In this document: positions 47,118 to 56,469 of the stretch, piece by piece
Position numbering within the stretch: the stretch's first letter is position 1
Layout: the number at the start of each line of letters is the position of its first letter
Assembly (NCBI GenBank): GCA_021813945.1
Contig: JAKAJD010000002.1
Span: 241,719-305,718 of the forward strand
Source of the DNA: a bacterium
GTDB taxonomy: Bacteria; Patescibacteriota; Microgenomatia; Curtissbacterales; GWA2-41-24
DNA: 64,000 nucleotides
Direction of reading: 5' to 3'
Program-made: the position numbers and the translations under genes
The notes under the pieces: generated by a model
What the model was told of the DNA's origin: nothing
Seen by the model: only the letters and a program-made list of their open reading frames with translations
Databases searched by the model: none

Positions 47118-47579
47118 GTGATTTGTCCTTTTTGCGCAAATGATGCGACAAAAGTTATAGACAAGCGTGAAGGTGATCTTGGCAAAGTAACCAGAAGACG
47201 TCGGGAATGCCAAAAGTGCAGTCGCAGGTTTACAACTTTCGAAAGAGCGGAAACCTTAGATCTTTTAATTGTTAAAAAAGACGGCAAAAGAGAAGTATTC
47301 GATAGATCCAAATTAAGAAGTGGAATCATCAAAGCTTGCGAGAAAAGGCCGGTTTCAGCAGAAAGTATCGAAAAAGTTATAGACGAAATTGAGGCAGAGT
47401 TAAGAAAAAGCGCAGCAAGCGAAGTACCAAGTAAAACAGTAGGCGAACAGGTGACAAAAAAGCTTAAAAAATTAGATAAAGTTGCCTACATTAGATTTGC
47501 ATCGGTTTATAGACAATTTGCCGATATAAGCGATTTTGAAAATGAATTGGCAAAACTATCAAAAAGATTTAACAAATGA
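47118..47579 (+). CDS. nrdR: transcriptional repressor NrdR
   Basis: CPFC, RRRREC..C..RFTTFE, ATP cone, AYIRFASVY. Confidence 0.96.
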   Translation: MICPFCANDATKVIDKREGDLGKVTRRRRECQKCSRRFTTFERAETLDLLIVKKDGKREVFDRSKLRSGIIKACEKRPVSAESIEKVIDEIEAELRKSAASEVPSKTVGEQVTKKLKKLDKVAYIRFASVYRQFADISDFENELAKLSKRFNK

Positions 47580-50341
47580 AAAATCAAAGGAAAATTAAAA
47601 TAGATTTAAGAACAGCTAAGCGCGAAGCTGCCAGGAAAGTTGGCAGAAAAATTCCATCAGTTCCCGAAGACCTTCAAGCACCAAATCTTTCGGAAAATGC
47701 TGCCTATATAGCCAAAACAAGATATGCATTTAGAAACGAAAAAGGTGAACCAATAGAAAATCCCAAGGAGCTTTTCTGGAGAGTTGCTTATTATATCGGC
47801 GCGGCAGATACAATCTACGACAAAAAATCACACCTCAAAACAGCACGGGAGTTTTACAGCTTAATGTCTGCCCAGAAATTTATTCCAAATACACCAACCC
47901 TGGTCAACTCCGGCAAAACTGGCCAGTCATTATCTGCTTGTTTTGTTCTTCCTGTAGACGACGATCTGGAGGCAATCTTAAAAACAATGCGCGATATGGC
48001 AATGATTCACAAAATGGGCGGCGGTACAGGCTTTTCATTTTCCCGGCTCAGACCAAAAGACGATGTTATCGGCACATCAAAGGGCAAAACAACAGGACCA
48101 GTAGCCTTTTTGCAGGCCTACAACGATGTCACTTCCCAAATCCGCCAGGGTGGAGTCCGCCGCGGTGCCAATATGGGAATCCTTCACTATACCCATCCAG
48201 ACGTTTTACGCTTTGCCGTTCACAAAGTCGATGAATTTTCCTTAACAAACTTCAATATTTCTGTAACTGTTGACGAGAAATTTATGGAAAAAGTCAAAAC
48301 AGATGCCCAATTCACTCAAGGTGAAATGGAAACAGACGAAATAATAGCGGACCTTAAAGAAGCTTATGCAATCCGCGATTTGGATCTTAAAAATGTCAGA
48401 ATCGAAGAGGCTGTTCAAAGGCTTTACAATTTGTGTGAAGCTAAAGTTGAAGGCGAGGGCTACGATCTTATCAATCCCAGGACAAAAGAAGTCACCGGCC
48501 GCCTTAACGCCAAGAAAGTTTTTGATCTTATCACAAAACTTGCCTGGCAGTATGGGGATCCGGGTATGATTTTAATCGACCGCGTTAACAACTCGAGAGC
48601 AAACCCAACTCCGGCAATTGGCATGATTGAGGCTACAAACCCCTGCGCCGAACAGCCGCTTCTGCCCTACGACGCTTGCACTCTAGGATCAATCAACCTC
48701 TCAAAGTTTGTCACGTCAGATAAGGAAATCAACTGGGATGATATGAAAGGCTCAATCCACACCGCTATTCACTTTCTGGATAACGTTCTGGATATGAACG
48801 AATACCCGGTTGCCGAAATAGACGAAATGACCAGCAAAATTCGCCGTGTCGGTCTTGGCGTTATGGGTTGGGCAGATATGCTGGTTAAACTAGGCATTGG
48901 CTACGACACCCAAGAAGGATTCGATCTTGCTGAGCGGGTCATGAAATTTGTCCAAAGCGAAGCAGATGCAGCATCAGTCGAACTAGCCAAAACTCGAGGC
49001 ACCTTTCCAGCCTTTAAAGACTCAATCTACAACAAAAAAGGCGGTTTCAAACCCCGAAACGGTGCCAGAACCACTATTGCGCCAACCGGCACCATTTCAC
49101 TTCTTGCAGACTGCTCAAGCGGAATCGAACCCCACTTTGCCTTAACTTTTGCCAAAAACACTATAGAGGGAAAACGCCTTTTTACCACTAATCCGTATTT
49201 TCTGGAGGCCTTGAAATCGAAAGGCCTTGAAAGCGACGAACTTCTTTCTAAAGTTGAAGAGGGTAAGGGTTCAATTCAAAATATTGAGGAAATCTCCGAA
49301 GAACTTAAAAAAGTATTTGTAGTTGCCGGTGACATAGTCCCTAAAGACCACGTCAGAATGGCAGCTGCATTTCAGAAATTTACCGACAACGGTATTTCCA
49401 AAACCATAAACTTCCCAAATGAAGCCACAGTTGAAGACGTCCGCGAAGCTTATTGGTTAAGCTACGAGCTGGGCTGCAATATGATAACTATCTATCGCGA
49501 CGGCTCCCGCGTGAAGCAGGTTCTGGAAGTTAAAAAGGGTAAATCCTACTACGACCAAATGACCGGCAAACGTATTACTCAAGAAGAGGATGCTCCCTAC
49601 ATTCCAACAAAACGCCCCACACCCCAGGAGGCCTGGGGTATGCGAATTCGTAAAAAGGCCGATGTTGGGCCGGTTTACACATCCGTCTTTCGCGATGCTG
49701 ACGGTGCACCGGTCGAGGTCTTTGTGACAATTGGCAAAACCGGCGGCTACGTTGCCGGGGCAGCCGAAGTTACCGGCCGCTTAGCATCTCGAGCCCTCAA
49801 GTACGGCGCATCGCTGGAAGAAATTGCAACCGATCTTGTCGGCATCTCCTGCGGCACACCGTACGGCTTAGGCCCAGAATCAGTCCTTTCGGCATTTGAC
49901 GCTGTCGGCAAATCACTTCTGGAAATCGCCCGCGCCAAACAGCTCCAGTTGCCTGTTGTAGAAGAAGCTCAACCCGCCCAGTCTCACGAAGAAGCAACGA
50001 TTGAACAAGGAATACGTATCAGCCCAAACGGTCATACAACACCCTCGAGTGGTCATTCATTAAGTTCTAACGGCCATTCAACTAACGGGTACACAAACGG
50101 CCATTCGAATGGGTTGTCAAACGGTCATTCGAATGGCCAAATAAAGCCTGTGGAAAAAGAGTCAATAAAAATGGATCTTACACCATCAGCTCAGGCCATT
50201 TTCCCCTCATCTACTTTTCATGAAGAAAAAGCCATCGAATCCAAATTCACTTCCTGCCCGGATTGCGGCTCACCAGTGACCTACGCTGAGGGCTGCCGCA
50301 AATGTATTAACCCCACCTGCGGTTGGAGTAAGTGTAGCTAA
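47576..50341 (+). CDS. nrdJ: adenosylcobalamin-dependent (class II) ribonucleotide reductase
   Basis: PNTPTL.N, SACFV, GGVRRGANM, TNPCAEQ, TIAPTGT, TIYRDGSR, TSCPD domain and C-terminal Zn ribbon. Confidence 0.93.
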   Translation: MKNQRKIKIDLRTAKREAARKVGRKIPSVPEDLQAPNLSENAAYIAKTRYAFRNEKGEPIENPKELFWRVAYYIGAADTIYDKKSHLKTAREFYSLMSAQKFIPNTPTLVNSGKTGQSLSACFVLPVDDDLEAILKTMRDMAMIHKMGGGTGFSFSRLRPKDDVIGTSKGKTTGPVAFLQAYNDVTSQIRQGGVRRGANMGILHYTHPDVLRFAVHKVDEFSLTNFNISVTVDEKFMEKVKTDAQFTQGEMETDEIIADLKEAYAIRDLDLKNVRIEEAVQRLYNLCEAKVEGEGYDLINPRTKEVTGRLNAKKVFDLITKLAWQYGDPGMILIDRVNNSRANPTPAIGMIEATNPCAEQPLLPYDACTLGSINLSKFVTSDKEINWDDMKGSIHTAIHFLDNVLDMNEYPVAEIDEMTSKIRRVGLGVMGWADMLVKLGIGYDTQEGFDLAERVMKFVQSEADAASVELAKTRGTFPAFKDSIYNKKGGFKPRNGARTTIAPTGTISLLADCSSGIEPHFALTFAKNTIEGKRLFTTNPYFLEALKSKGLESDELLSKVEEGKGSIQNIEEISEELKKVFVVAGDIVPKDHVRMAAAFQKFTDNGISKTINFPNEATVEDVREAYWLSYELGCNMITIYRDGSRVKQVLEVKKGKSYYDQMTGKRITQEEDAPYIPTKRPTPQEAWGMRIRKKADVGPVYTSVFRDADGAPVEVFVTIGKTGGYVAGAAEVTGRLASRALKYGASLEEIATDLVGISCGTPYGLGPESVLSAFDAVGKSLLEIARAKQLQLPVVEEAQPAQSHEEATIEQGIRISPNGHTTPSSGHSLSSNGHSTNGYTNGHSNGLSNGHSNGQIKPVEKESIKMDLTPSAQAIFPSSTFHEEKAIESKFTSCPDCGSPVTYAEGCRKCINPTCGWSKCS
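50021..50140 (+). repeat. (S/T)NG(H/Y/L/Q) low-complexity coding repeat in NrdJ
   Basis: SPNGH..SSGH..SNGHSTNGYTNGHSNGLSNGHSNGQ. Confidence 0.8.
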
Positions 50342-50365
50342 CTCCTTTAGTTGTATAATTCCCTC

Positions 50366-50779
50366 ATGAAAAAACCGTCTGTTAAAGATGCTAAAAACTA
50401 CGTTTTGACGCTAATTTCTGAAGGTACAGACATCTCAGCTCGAAACGATGGAATAACCAAAGAAGAAACTCAAGAACTGGAGTTTTTCATCAATAACGGC
50501 CACTGGGAGGTACTTTTAACAAATTCCGTCTTTCGCGCACTTGCCCCACAGGGCCAAATCCACACACTTGTCAAAACGTTAGACAATCGAGCAACCGAGC
50601 TAAGAACAACACTTACGCCCCTCGGCCGTTCAGATAAAACGAGAGATGCCTACATACAAATCCTCAACCATATCCACGATTTAGAACGCCTTAAAGAGGA
50701 AATTTTGGAAGAATTTTACGCAAAAGGTGGCAAGCGCCAAATTGCCGAAAAATCTAAAGGTCAAAAAATCGACTTCTAA
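50366..50779 (+). CDS. hypothetical protein (start ATG 50366)
   Basis: TATAAT 6 nt upstream; abuts the next gene. Confidence 0.65.
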   Translation: MKKPSVKDAKNYVLTLISEGTDISARNDGITKEETQELEFFINNGHWEVLLTNSVFRALAPQGQIHTLVKTLDNRATELRTTLTPLGRSDKTRDAYIQILNHIHDLERLKEEILEEFYAKGGKRQIAEKSKGQKIDF

Positions 50780-51502
50780 ATGTCAGTCCGTATAAATAAG
50801 TATCTATCCTCAATTGGCATCGCCTCGCGTCGGAAAATAGATGAGCTGATAGGTGAGGGGAGAGTCAAAATCGGCTCGAAGATCGTAAAGCTCGGAGATC
50901 AGATCAATCCAGAAACTGATCAAGTCTCAATCGACGGCCAAAAAGTAGGCGGCAGGGGAGAGGAAAAAGTTTACATTATCCTCAACAAACCCGCGGGGTA
51001 TACCTCAACCGCCGCCAAAATAAAAGGCGAGAAAAACGTTTTGGAGCTTGTCAAATCGAATGTCCGACTGTACCCGGTCGGCCGGCTCGACAAAGATTCA
51101 ACCGGCTTAATTCTTTTAACAAACGACGGAGAATTGGCCCAGAGGCTAACTCATCCAAGATTTCATATACCAAAAACATATGAGGTAAAAGTGTTGGGGA
51201 ACGTCAATCGTACCCAAATCGAAATGATTAAAAAAGGAATAAAGCTGGAAGAGGGGATAACAAAACCTGCAGATGTCAAAATCAAAAGCCAATCTCTCCC
51301 CCACCACAGCATTTTGGAAATCACACTTTACGAGGGCAGAAAACGCCAAATCCGTCGTATGTTATCAGCCCTGCACCTGCATATATTAGATCTAAAACGC
51401 GTTTCAATCGGCTCAATTGTAATAGGTAGCCTTCCTCTTGGCAAATTCCGGAAACTAACAAATGAAGAAATAGTTAAACTACAAAACTCTCACCAGGCCT
51501 GA
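50780..51502 (+). CDS. RsuA/RluB-family rRNA pseudouridine synthase
   Basis: S4 domain, LNKP.G, VGRLDKDSTG, EGRKRQIRRM. Confidence 0.93.
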   Translation: MSVRINKYLSSIGIASRRKIDELIGEGRVKIGSKIVKLGDQINPETDQVSIDGQKVGGRGEEKVYIILNKPAGYTSTAAKIKGEKNVLELVKSNVRLYPVGRLDKDSTGLILLTNDGELAQRLTHPRFHIPKTYEVKVLGNVNRTQIEMIKKGIKLEEGITKPADVKIKSQSLPHHSILEITLYEGRKRQIRRMLSALHLHILDLKRVSIGSIVIGSLPLGKFRKLTNEEIVKLQNSHQA

Positions 51503-51515
51503 ATCTTTGGTTTTT

Positions 51516-52064
51516 TTAACCGCCTCTGCCTTTCCAGGTAATTTCTTTGGCATCATGAATTTTGTTTGCATATCGCGCCATAACGAAAAGCCAGTCGGAG
51601 AGACGATTTATGTAGATTAGAGCGTTTTTGTTAATTTTTTCCTGCAATGACAAATCCACAATTACCCGCTCCGCGCGTCTTGCAACGGTTCTTGCCAGGT
51701 GAAGCTTTGAGCCGACTTTTCCACCTCCCGGCAGGATAAAATTTTTAAGAGGGGACAAATTTTTTTCCATTGCGTCAATTTCTCTCTCAAGTCTCGTAAT
51801 AAATGATTTAGTAATTCTTGGAATTTTTGTTTTAACCTCGAAGGGAGTAGCAAGGTCACTCCCGAAAACAAAAAGCTCGGCTTGAACTCGTATCAGCTTT
51901 TTAGATATCTCGGTATCTGTGTTTTCAGAAATAACAACTCCAAGCAAACTATTAAGCTCATCAACGCAGCCATATGCCTGAATACGTCGGGTAGTTTTTT
52001 CAACTCTTTTGCCCCCAAAGAGGGAAGTAGTGCCCGAATCGCCTGTTTTTGTATAGATCTTCAC
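51516..52064 (-). CDS. PduO-type cob(I)alamin adenosyltransferase (start GTG 52064)
   Basis: KIYTKTGDSGTT, YG.VDELNS, FILPGG, RTVARRAER, NRLSD. Confidence 0.93.
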   Translation of the reverse strand: MKIYTKTGDSGTTSLFGGKRVEKTTRRIQAYGCVDELNSLLGVVISENTDTEISKKLIRVQAELFVFGSDLATPFEVKTKIPRITKSFITRLEREIDAMEKNLSPLKNFILPGGGKVGSKLHLARTVARRAERVIVDLSLQEKINKNALIYINRLSDWLFVMARYANKIHDAKEITWKGRGG

Positions 52065-52119
52065 GCAGAAATTATATATTAGAGTGTCGCGAAAATATAT
52101 ATCACCTACCCCACCAAAC

Positions 52120-52148
52120 TTGACAAACCCTACCCTGGGGGGTAGGAT
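52120..52148 (+). promoter_or_regulatory. csoR promoter with CsoR operator
   Basis: TTGACA-17-TAGGAT enclosing CCTACCC-TGGG-GGGTAGG (52129-52146). Confidence 0.85.
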
Positions 52149-52154
52149 ATACAC

Positions 52155-52421
52155 ATGCAAAAAGCAGTTAAGGAAGACGCCCTCAGAAGATTACGTACTG
52201 CTAGGGGACACCTGGACCACGTAATTTCTCAAGTCGAGACCGAAAAGTACTGCATCGATATCCTGCAGCAATCCCTCGCCGTCCAATCTGCCCTAAAAGC
52301 TGTTGACCATCTGATCTTAAAAGGTCATTTGGAAGAACATGTCTCAGAAGCCATGAAAGGCAAGAATAAAGATAAAGCAATTGAAGAAGTTCTGGATGTT
52401 TTTGACAAATCGAGGAAATGA
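52155..52421 (+). CDS. csoR: CsoR-family metal-sensing repressor
   Basis: RL....GH, YCIDIL.Q..AV..AL, HLEEH. Confidence 0.9.
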   Translation: MQKAVKEDALRRLRTARGHLDHVISQVETEKYCIDILQQSLAVQSALKAVDHLILKGHLEEHVSEAMKGKNKDKAIEEVLDVFDKSRK

Positions 52422-52435
52422 GGGAGGTGAGTTAA

Positions 52436-52651
52436 ATGATGTATTGGAGGTATGGGGCGCAAGCTACACCACCTGCAGGTTATAACGGAAACTTTTGGTA
52501 TGGACATCCGATGATGGGTTGGGCAGGAAATACTAATCTAATTTGGGTTTACAGTTTTTTCTGCCTAGTGACGTGGCTTCTGGTTATTGCAGTTTTAATA
52601 GCTCTTGTCAGGTGGCTCTGGAAAAAAGGTGACAGCGAAAAGAAGAAATAA
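52436..52651 (+). CDS. small membrane protein
   Basis: SD GGAGGTGA; Gly/Tyr/Met-rich N-terminus plus TM. Confidence 0.7.
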   Translation: MMYWRYGAQATPPAGYNGNFWYGHPMMGWAGNTNLIWVYSFFCLVTWLLVIAVLIALVRWLWKKGDSEKKK

Positions 52652-52720
52652 AAGGCTGCCATATAAAATTATGAAAAAGTAGATTGCACAAACCCTTTCA
52701 CCTGGGAAGATTAAATTTAT

Positions 52721-53305
52721 ATGGAAAAAGAGGAAAAATTAGAAGAAAAAACTGAAGAAACAAAACCTAAAAACCAAAAAAGCCACAAACTATTCTACTT
52801 AGTAGTTTTGATTTTTTTGCTTTCATTAAGCTGGTTTTCGTGGGTTGTATGGTACAAGGTAATTCCGCACGAAAAAACTCATTATCACGCCGGCTTTATT
52901 GTTGTAAAAGATAATCAAACCGTAGATTTTTCCAAACCGGAGTTTATGTCTTTTTCTCCTTGTGTTGTCGCTGGTGCCAAAGAAGAAGAAACACAAGAGC
53001 AACTACAAATCGAAAAAGCTCATCTCCATGATGGGGCTGGAGACGTAGTTCATGTTGAAGAGGATGATGCCAAATGGGGAGATTTATTTACCAATCTTAA
53101 TTACCAAATAAACTACAGCGAAACTACAGCTTATATTAACGGCAAAAAAGTGACTGATTTTAAAGAGCAACCCATCAAACACTATCAAAGCGCCGTCGTA
53201 TTTATTGGCGCAGGTCAAGACAATCAAAAATTTCTAAAGCAGGCAGTCACCAAAAAGCATATCGACGAAGCCGCAGCAAATAGTAAGGATTGCGGTTCAC
53301 ACTAA
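52721..53305 (+). CDS. membrane-anchored His-motif protein
   Basis: TM then HYHAGF, HLHDG, VHVE. Confidence 0.75.
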   Translation: MEKEEKLEEKTEETKPKNQKSHKLFYLVVLIFLLSLSWFSWVVWYKVIPHEKTHYHAGFIVVKDNQTVDFSKPEFMSFSPCVVAGAKEEETQEQLQIEKAHLHDGAGDVVHVEEDDAKWGDLFTNLNYQINYSETTAYINGKKVTDFKEQPIKHYQSAVVFIGAGQDNQKFLKQAVTKKHIDEAAANSKDCGSH

Positions 53306-53306
53306 T

Positions 53307-55412
53307 ATGGAAGATCATAAAAATCACCAAAACTTGTCAGCTCTTTATACGTGCCCCATGGATCCAGATATAGTCCAGGAGCATCCGGGTAATTGCCCCA
53401 AGTGTGGCATGAAACTAGTTCCAATGAATGGGGAACATGAAGGACATGAAAATCATCCTTCAATGGAAATGGATTTTCGAAAGCGCTTTTTTATTACTCT
53501 TCCCTTAGTCCTTATTTCTATTGTTCTTTCTCCAAACATTCAAAAATGGTTTGGATTCCAGATTAATTTCGATAGTCGGGAAATTGTTTTATTTTTGATA
53601 GGTAGTTTTATCTACCTCTTTGGAGGCTTACCTTTTTTCAAAGCAGCAAGAGGAGAAGTCTCACAAAAAAATCCGGGCATGATGACTTTGGTTGCTTTCG
53701 CGATTACAGTAGGCTACCTTTTTTCCGCGGCAGCAACATTTCTTTTTCCCGGAGAATCACTTTATTGGGAAATAGCAACACTAATCTCAGTTTTTCTTTT
53801 GGGTCACTGGCTTGAAATGCGTTCAGTGCGAGGGGCAACAGGCGCATTAACCGAACTTGCAAAGTTGATTCCCCCATCCGCCCATCTTTTAAAAGACAAA
53901 ACAACGGTTGACGTTAAAACGGCTGAGCTAAAAATAGGCAACAGGGTTTTGGTTAAGCCTGGAGAGAAAATTCCTATAGATGGGATAGTCGTTGATGGAG
54001 AGAGCTCAGTTAACGAGTCGATGGTCACGGGTGAATCTAGACCAATTGAAAAGAAAAAATGTGACAAGGTGATAGGTGGCACTATAAATCAAGACGGTTC
54101 ACTAACAATCGAAGTTAAAAAAACCGGCGCAGATACTGCCATTTCTCAAATTATGAAACTTATAACAGAAGCGCAAGCTTCTAAGCCGAACGTTCAGCAT
54201 TTGGCAGATCGGGCTGCAGGAGTATTGTTTTATGTAGCTGTTATTGCAGGCGCGGCGTCATTTATTACATGGGTTTTTGTCCTGCCACATGGTGTAGTTT
54301 TTGCAGCCACAGTTGCGGTTGCGGCAATCGTTGTTGCCTGTCCTCACGCACTAGGCCTGGCAATACCGACAGTTACAACTATCACATCAACTTTAGGTGC
54401 CAAAAACGGCATTTTAATAAAAGACATGAAGGGTTTGGAAATCGCGCGCAAAATTAACTATGTAATTTTTGATAAAACCGGTACTTTAACTCGAGGCGAA
54501 TTTGGAGTCGCTGAAATTATTCAGCCTTCGAAATCAAACGTATCAAAGAGCGAATTATTAAAACTTGCAGCGGCTGTCGAAACACAATCACAACACTCTA
54601 TCGGCCAAGGCATTGTCAATGAAGCCAAAAATCAAAAAATAAATATTCCTAGCGTTACGGAATTCCGTTCCTACCCTGGCAAAGGCGCATCCGGAAAAGT
54701 GCAAGGCAAAAAAATTATCGTCGGCAATAAGGCCTTGATTAATGATCTGAAATTAGAAACAGGAAGCCTCGAGAAAAATTTTAAAGGAAAATCAAATACA
54801 CCGGTTTATATATCAATAGACGGTAAGCTGGCCGGAATCATCTTATTAGCAGACATAGTTAGGGAAGAATCTAAAGAAGCTATAAAAAAGCTTCACGAAA
54901 TGGGCATAAAAACGGCAATGTTAACAGGTGATACTCCGGATGTCGCAGAAGAAGTAGGAAAAAAACTCGCCATCGATACTGTTTTTGCCCAGGTTTTGCC
55001 GCAAGACAAAGTCGGAAAAGTCAAAAAACTCCAAGGTGAAGGCAACACTGTCGCCATGGTTGGAGATGGCGTAAACGACGCTCCGTCGCTAACCCAAGCC
55101 CATGTCGGTATAGCGATAGGGGCTGGCACAGACGTGGCAGTAGAATCGGCAGATATCGTCCTTATGAAAAACGACCCTATGGATGTTGTAAAAGCAATTT
55201 CATTAAGCCGGAAAACTAATTCAAAAATGGTCCAAAACCTCATTTGGGCAACCGGTTACAACGTCTTTGCCATTCCGACCGCAGCTGGGGCTCTTTATCC
55301 GTCACTTGGGATTTTGCTTCGGCCCGAATGGGCAGCACTTTTAATGAGTGCGTCATCAATCATCGTTGTTTTTAACGCCTTATTGCTTAGAAAAGAGAAA
55401 TTATATGCTTAA
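53307..55412 (+). CDS. heavy-metal P1B-type ATPase (CPH motif, CopB-like)
   Basis: YTCPM..CPKCGM, TGES, ACPHALG, DKTGT, GDGVND, YN, MSASS. Confidence 0.92.
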   Translation: MEDHKNHQNLSALYTCPMDPDIVQEHPGNCPKCGMKLVPMNGEHEGHENHPSMEMDFRKRFFITLPLVLISIVLSPNIQKWFGFQINFDSREIVLFLIGSFIYLFGGLPFFKAARGEVSQKNPGMMTLVAFAITVGYLFSAAATFLFPGESLYWEIATLISVFLLGHWLEMRSVRGATGALTELAKLIPPSAHLLKDKTTVDVKTAELKIGNRVLVKPGEKIPIDGIVVDGESSVNESMVTGESRPIEKKKCDKVIGGTINQDGSLTIEVKKTGADTAISQIMKLITEAQASKPNVQHLADRAAGVLFYVAVIAGAASFITWVFVLPHGVVFAATVAVAAIVVACPHALGLAIPTVTTITSTLGAKNGILIKDMKGLEIARKINYVIFDKTGTLTRGEFGVAEIIQPSKSNVSKSELLKLAAAVETQSQHSIGQGIVNEAKNQKINIPSVTEFRSYPGKGASGKVQGKKIIVGNKALINDLKLETGSLEKNFKGKSNTPVYISIDGKLAGIILLADIVREESKEAIKKLHEMGIKTAMLTGDTPDVAEEVGKKLAIDTVFAQVLPQDKVGKVKKLQGEGNTVAMVGDGVNDAPSLTQAHVGIAIGAGTDVAVESADIVLMKNDPMDVVKAISLSRKTNSKMVQNLIWATGYNVFAIPTAAGALYPSLGILLRPEWAALLMSASSIIVVFNALLLRKEKLYA

Positions 55413-55575
55413 TATTTTTAAAAAATCTGATAAGGCAACAGACCCAATTTGCCTTATGAAAATTCCCAAAGATGCAGCAAAATTCAAACAAACATTTGAG
55501 GGCAAAATGTACTATTTTTGCTCGGAAAATTGTCAAAGTGAATTTAAAAAAAATCCGAAAAATTACGTAGATTAA
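55405..55575 (+). CDS. YHS-domain protein (start ATG 55405)
   Basis: DPIC.M, YYFCSENC...F..NP..Y. Confidence 0.85.
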   Translation: MLNIFKKSDKATDPICLMKIPKDAAKFKQTFEGKMYYFCSENCQSEFKKNPKNYVD

Positions 55576-56469
55576 ATGGAACTTTTGGCAAGTGCATCAT
55601 TTATAGCATCTTTTTTTGCAGGGGTTGCTGCCCTTTTTGCACCCTGCTGTGTAACTGTGCTTTTGCCGACTTATTTTGCGTCGATCTTTAAACTCAAATC
55701 TACAGTATTTTTGATGACATTTATTTATTTTTTAGGTTTGCTTGTCGTATTTTTGCCTATCGGACTTGGGGCATCTGCCTTAACTCAGATCTTTAGTACC
55801 TACCATAACTGGATATTTTCGTTTGGAGCAATATTTCTAATCCTTTTGGGTCTAACCATGGTTTCCGGCTTTCAATTCTCCTTTCCTGCTCTCGTTCATC
55901 CTCAGCTCAAAAAAACAGGCTTTCTTTCGGTATTCACGCTTGGGATATTTTCCGGAATTGCCACAACTTGTTGCGCCCCCGTTCTTGCAGGAGTCTTAAC
56001 ACTAGCAGCCTTACCCGGATCATTCTTACTTGGAGGAATATACACTCTCGCGTATGTCTTGGGAATGGTTATTCCGCTTTTTATAATTAGCGCCTTTTTA
56101 GATCAGAAAAAGTTTACGCAAAAGTTTTTTGTTTTTAGAAAAACAGTCTCATACAGTTTTCTTGGCAAAAAAATTCGCCTAACTTTATCTAACCTTTTTT
56201 CCGGAATCATGTTTTTAGTTCTTGGCATATTCATTTCATATCTGGCACTAACGAACAATCTTGTAACGCACGCTTCTTATCAGGTTAGTTTAAATATTTT
56301 CTTAACGGAAGTGATAGATTTTGTAGGAAAATACACAAAAATTTTCCCTGAATGGATTTGGGCAATAATTTTCCTGCTATTTTTTGTGGGAATCTGCGTG
56401 AAAGCCTTTTTAGAACTAATAAATCAGAAATCGGATAAAACTAAGGAAGAAGGTGATAAAGACAAATGA
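55576..56469 (+). CDS. CcdA/DsbD-like membrane protein
   Basis: FAPCC..LLP.Y, TTCCAPVL, Y.LGM..P. Confidence 0.85.
   Translation: MELLASASFIASFFAGVAALFAPCCVTVLLPTYFASIFKLKSTVFLMTFIYFLGLLVVFLPIGLGASALTQIFSTYHNWIFSFGAIFLILLGLTMVSGFQFSFPALVHPQLKKTGFLSVFTLGIFSGIATTCCAPVLAGVLTLAALPGSFLLGGIYTLAYVLGMVIPLFIISAFLDQKKFTQKFFVFRKTVSYSFLGKKIRLTLSNLFSGIMFLVLGIFISYLALTNNLVTHASYQVSLNIFLTEVIDFVGKYTKIFPEWIWAIIFLLFFVGICVKAFLELINQKSDKTKEEGDKDK

Noticed and set aside
49205-49232. AGGCCTTGAAA direct repeat in nrdJ
   Set aside because: Only half-sites in direct orientation; compatible with chance coding sequence
47576-50341. Intein in NrdJ
   Set aside because: No C/S...HN-C splice junctions or LAGLIDADG motifs; TNPCAEQ is contiguous
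51516-52160. Long 214-aa version of the adenosyltransferase
   Set aside because: The extension runs through the csoR promoter; homology and a -10 box support GTG 52064
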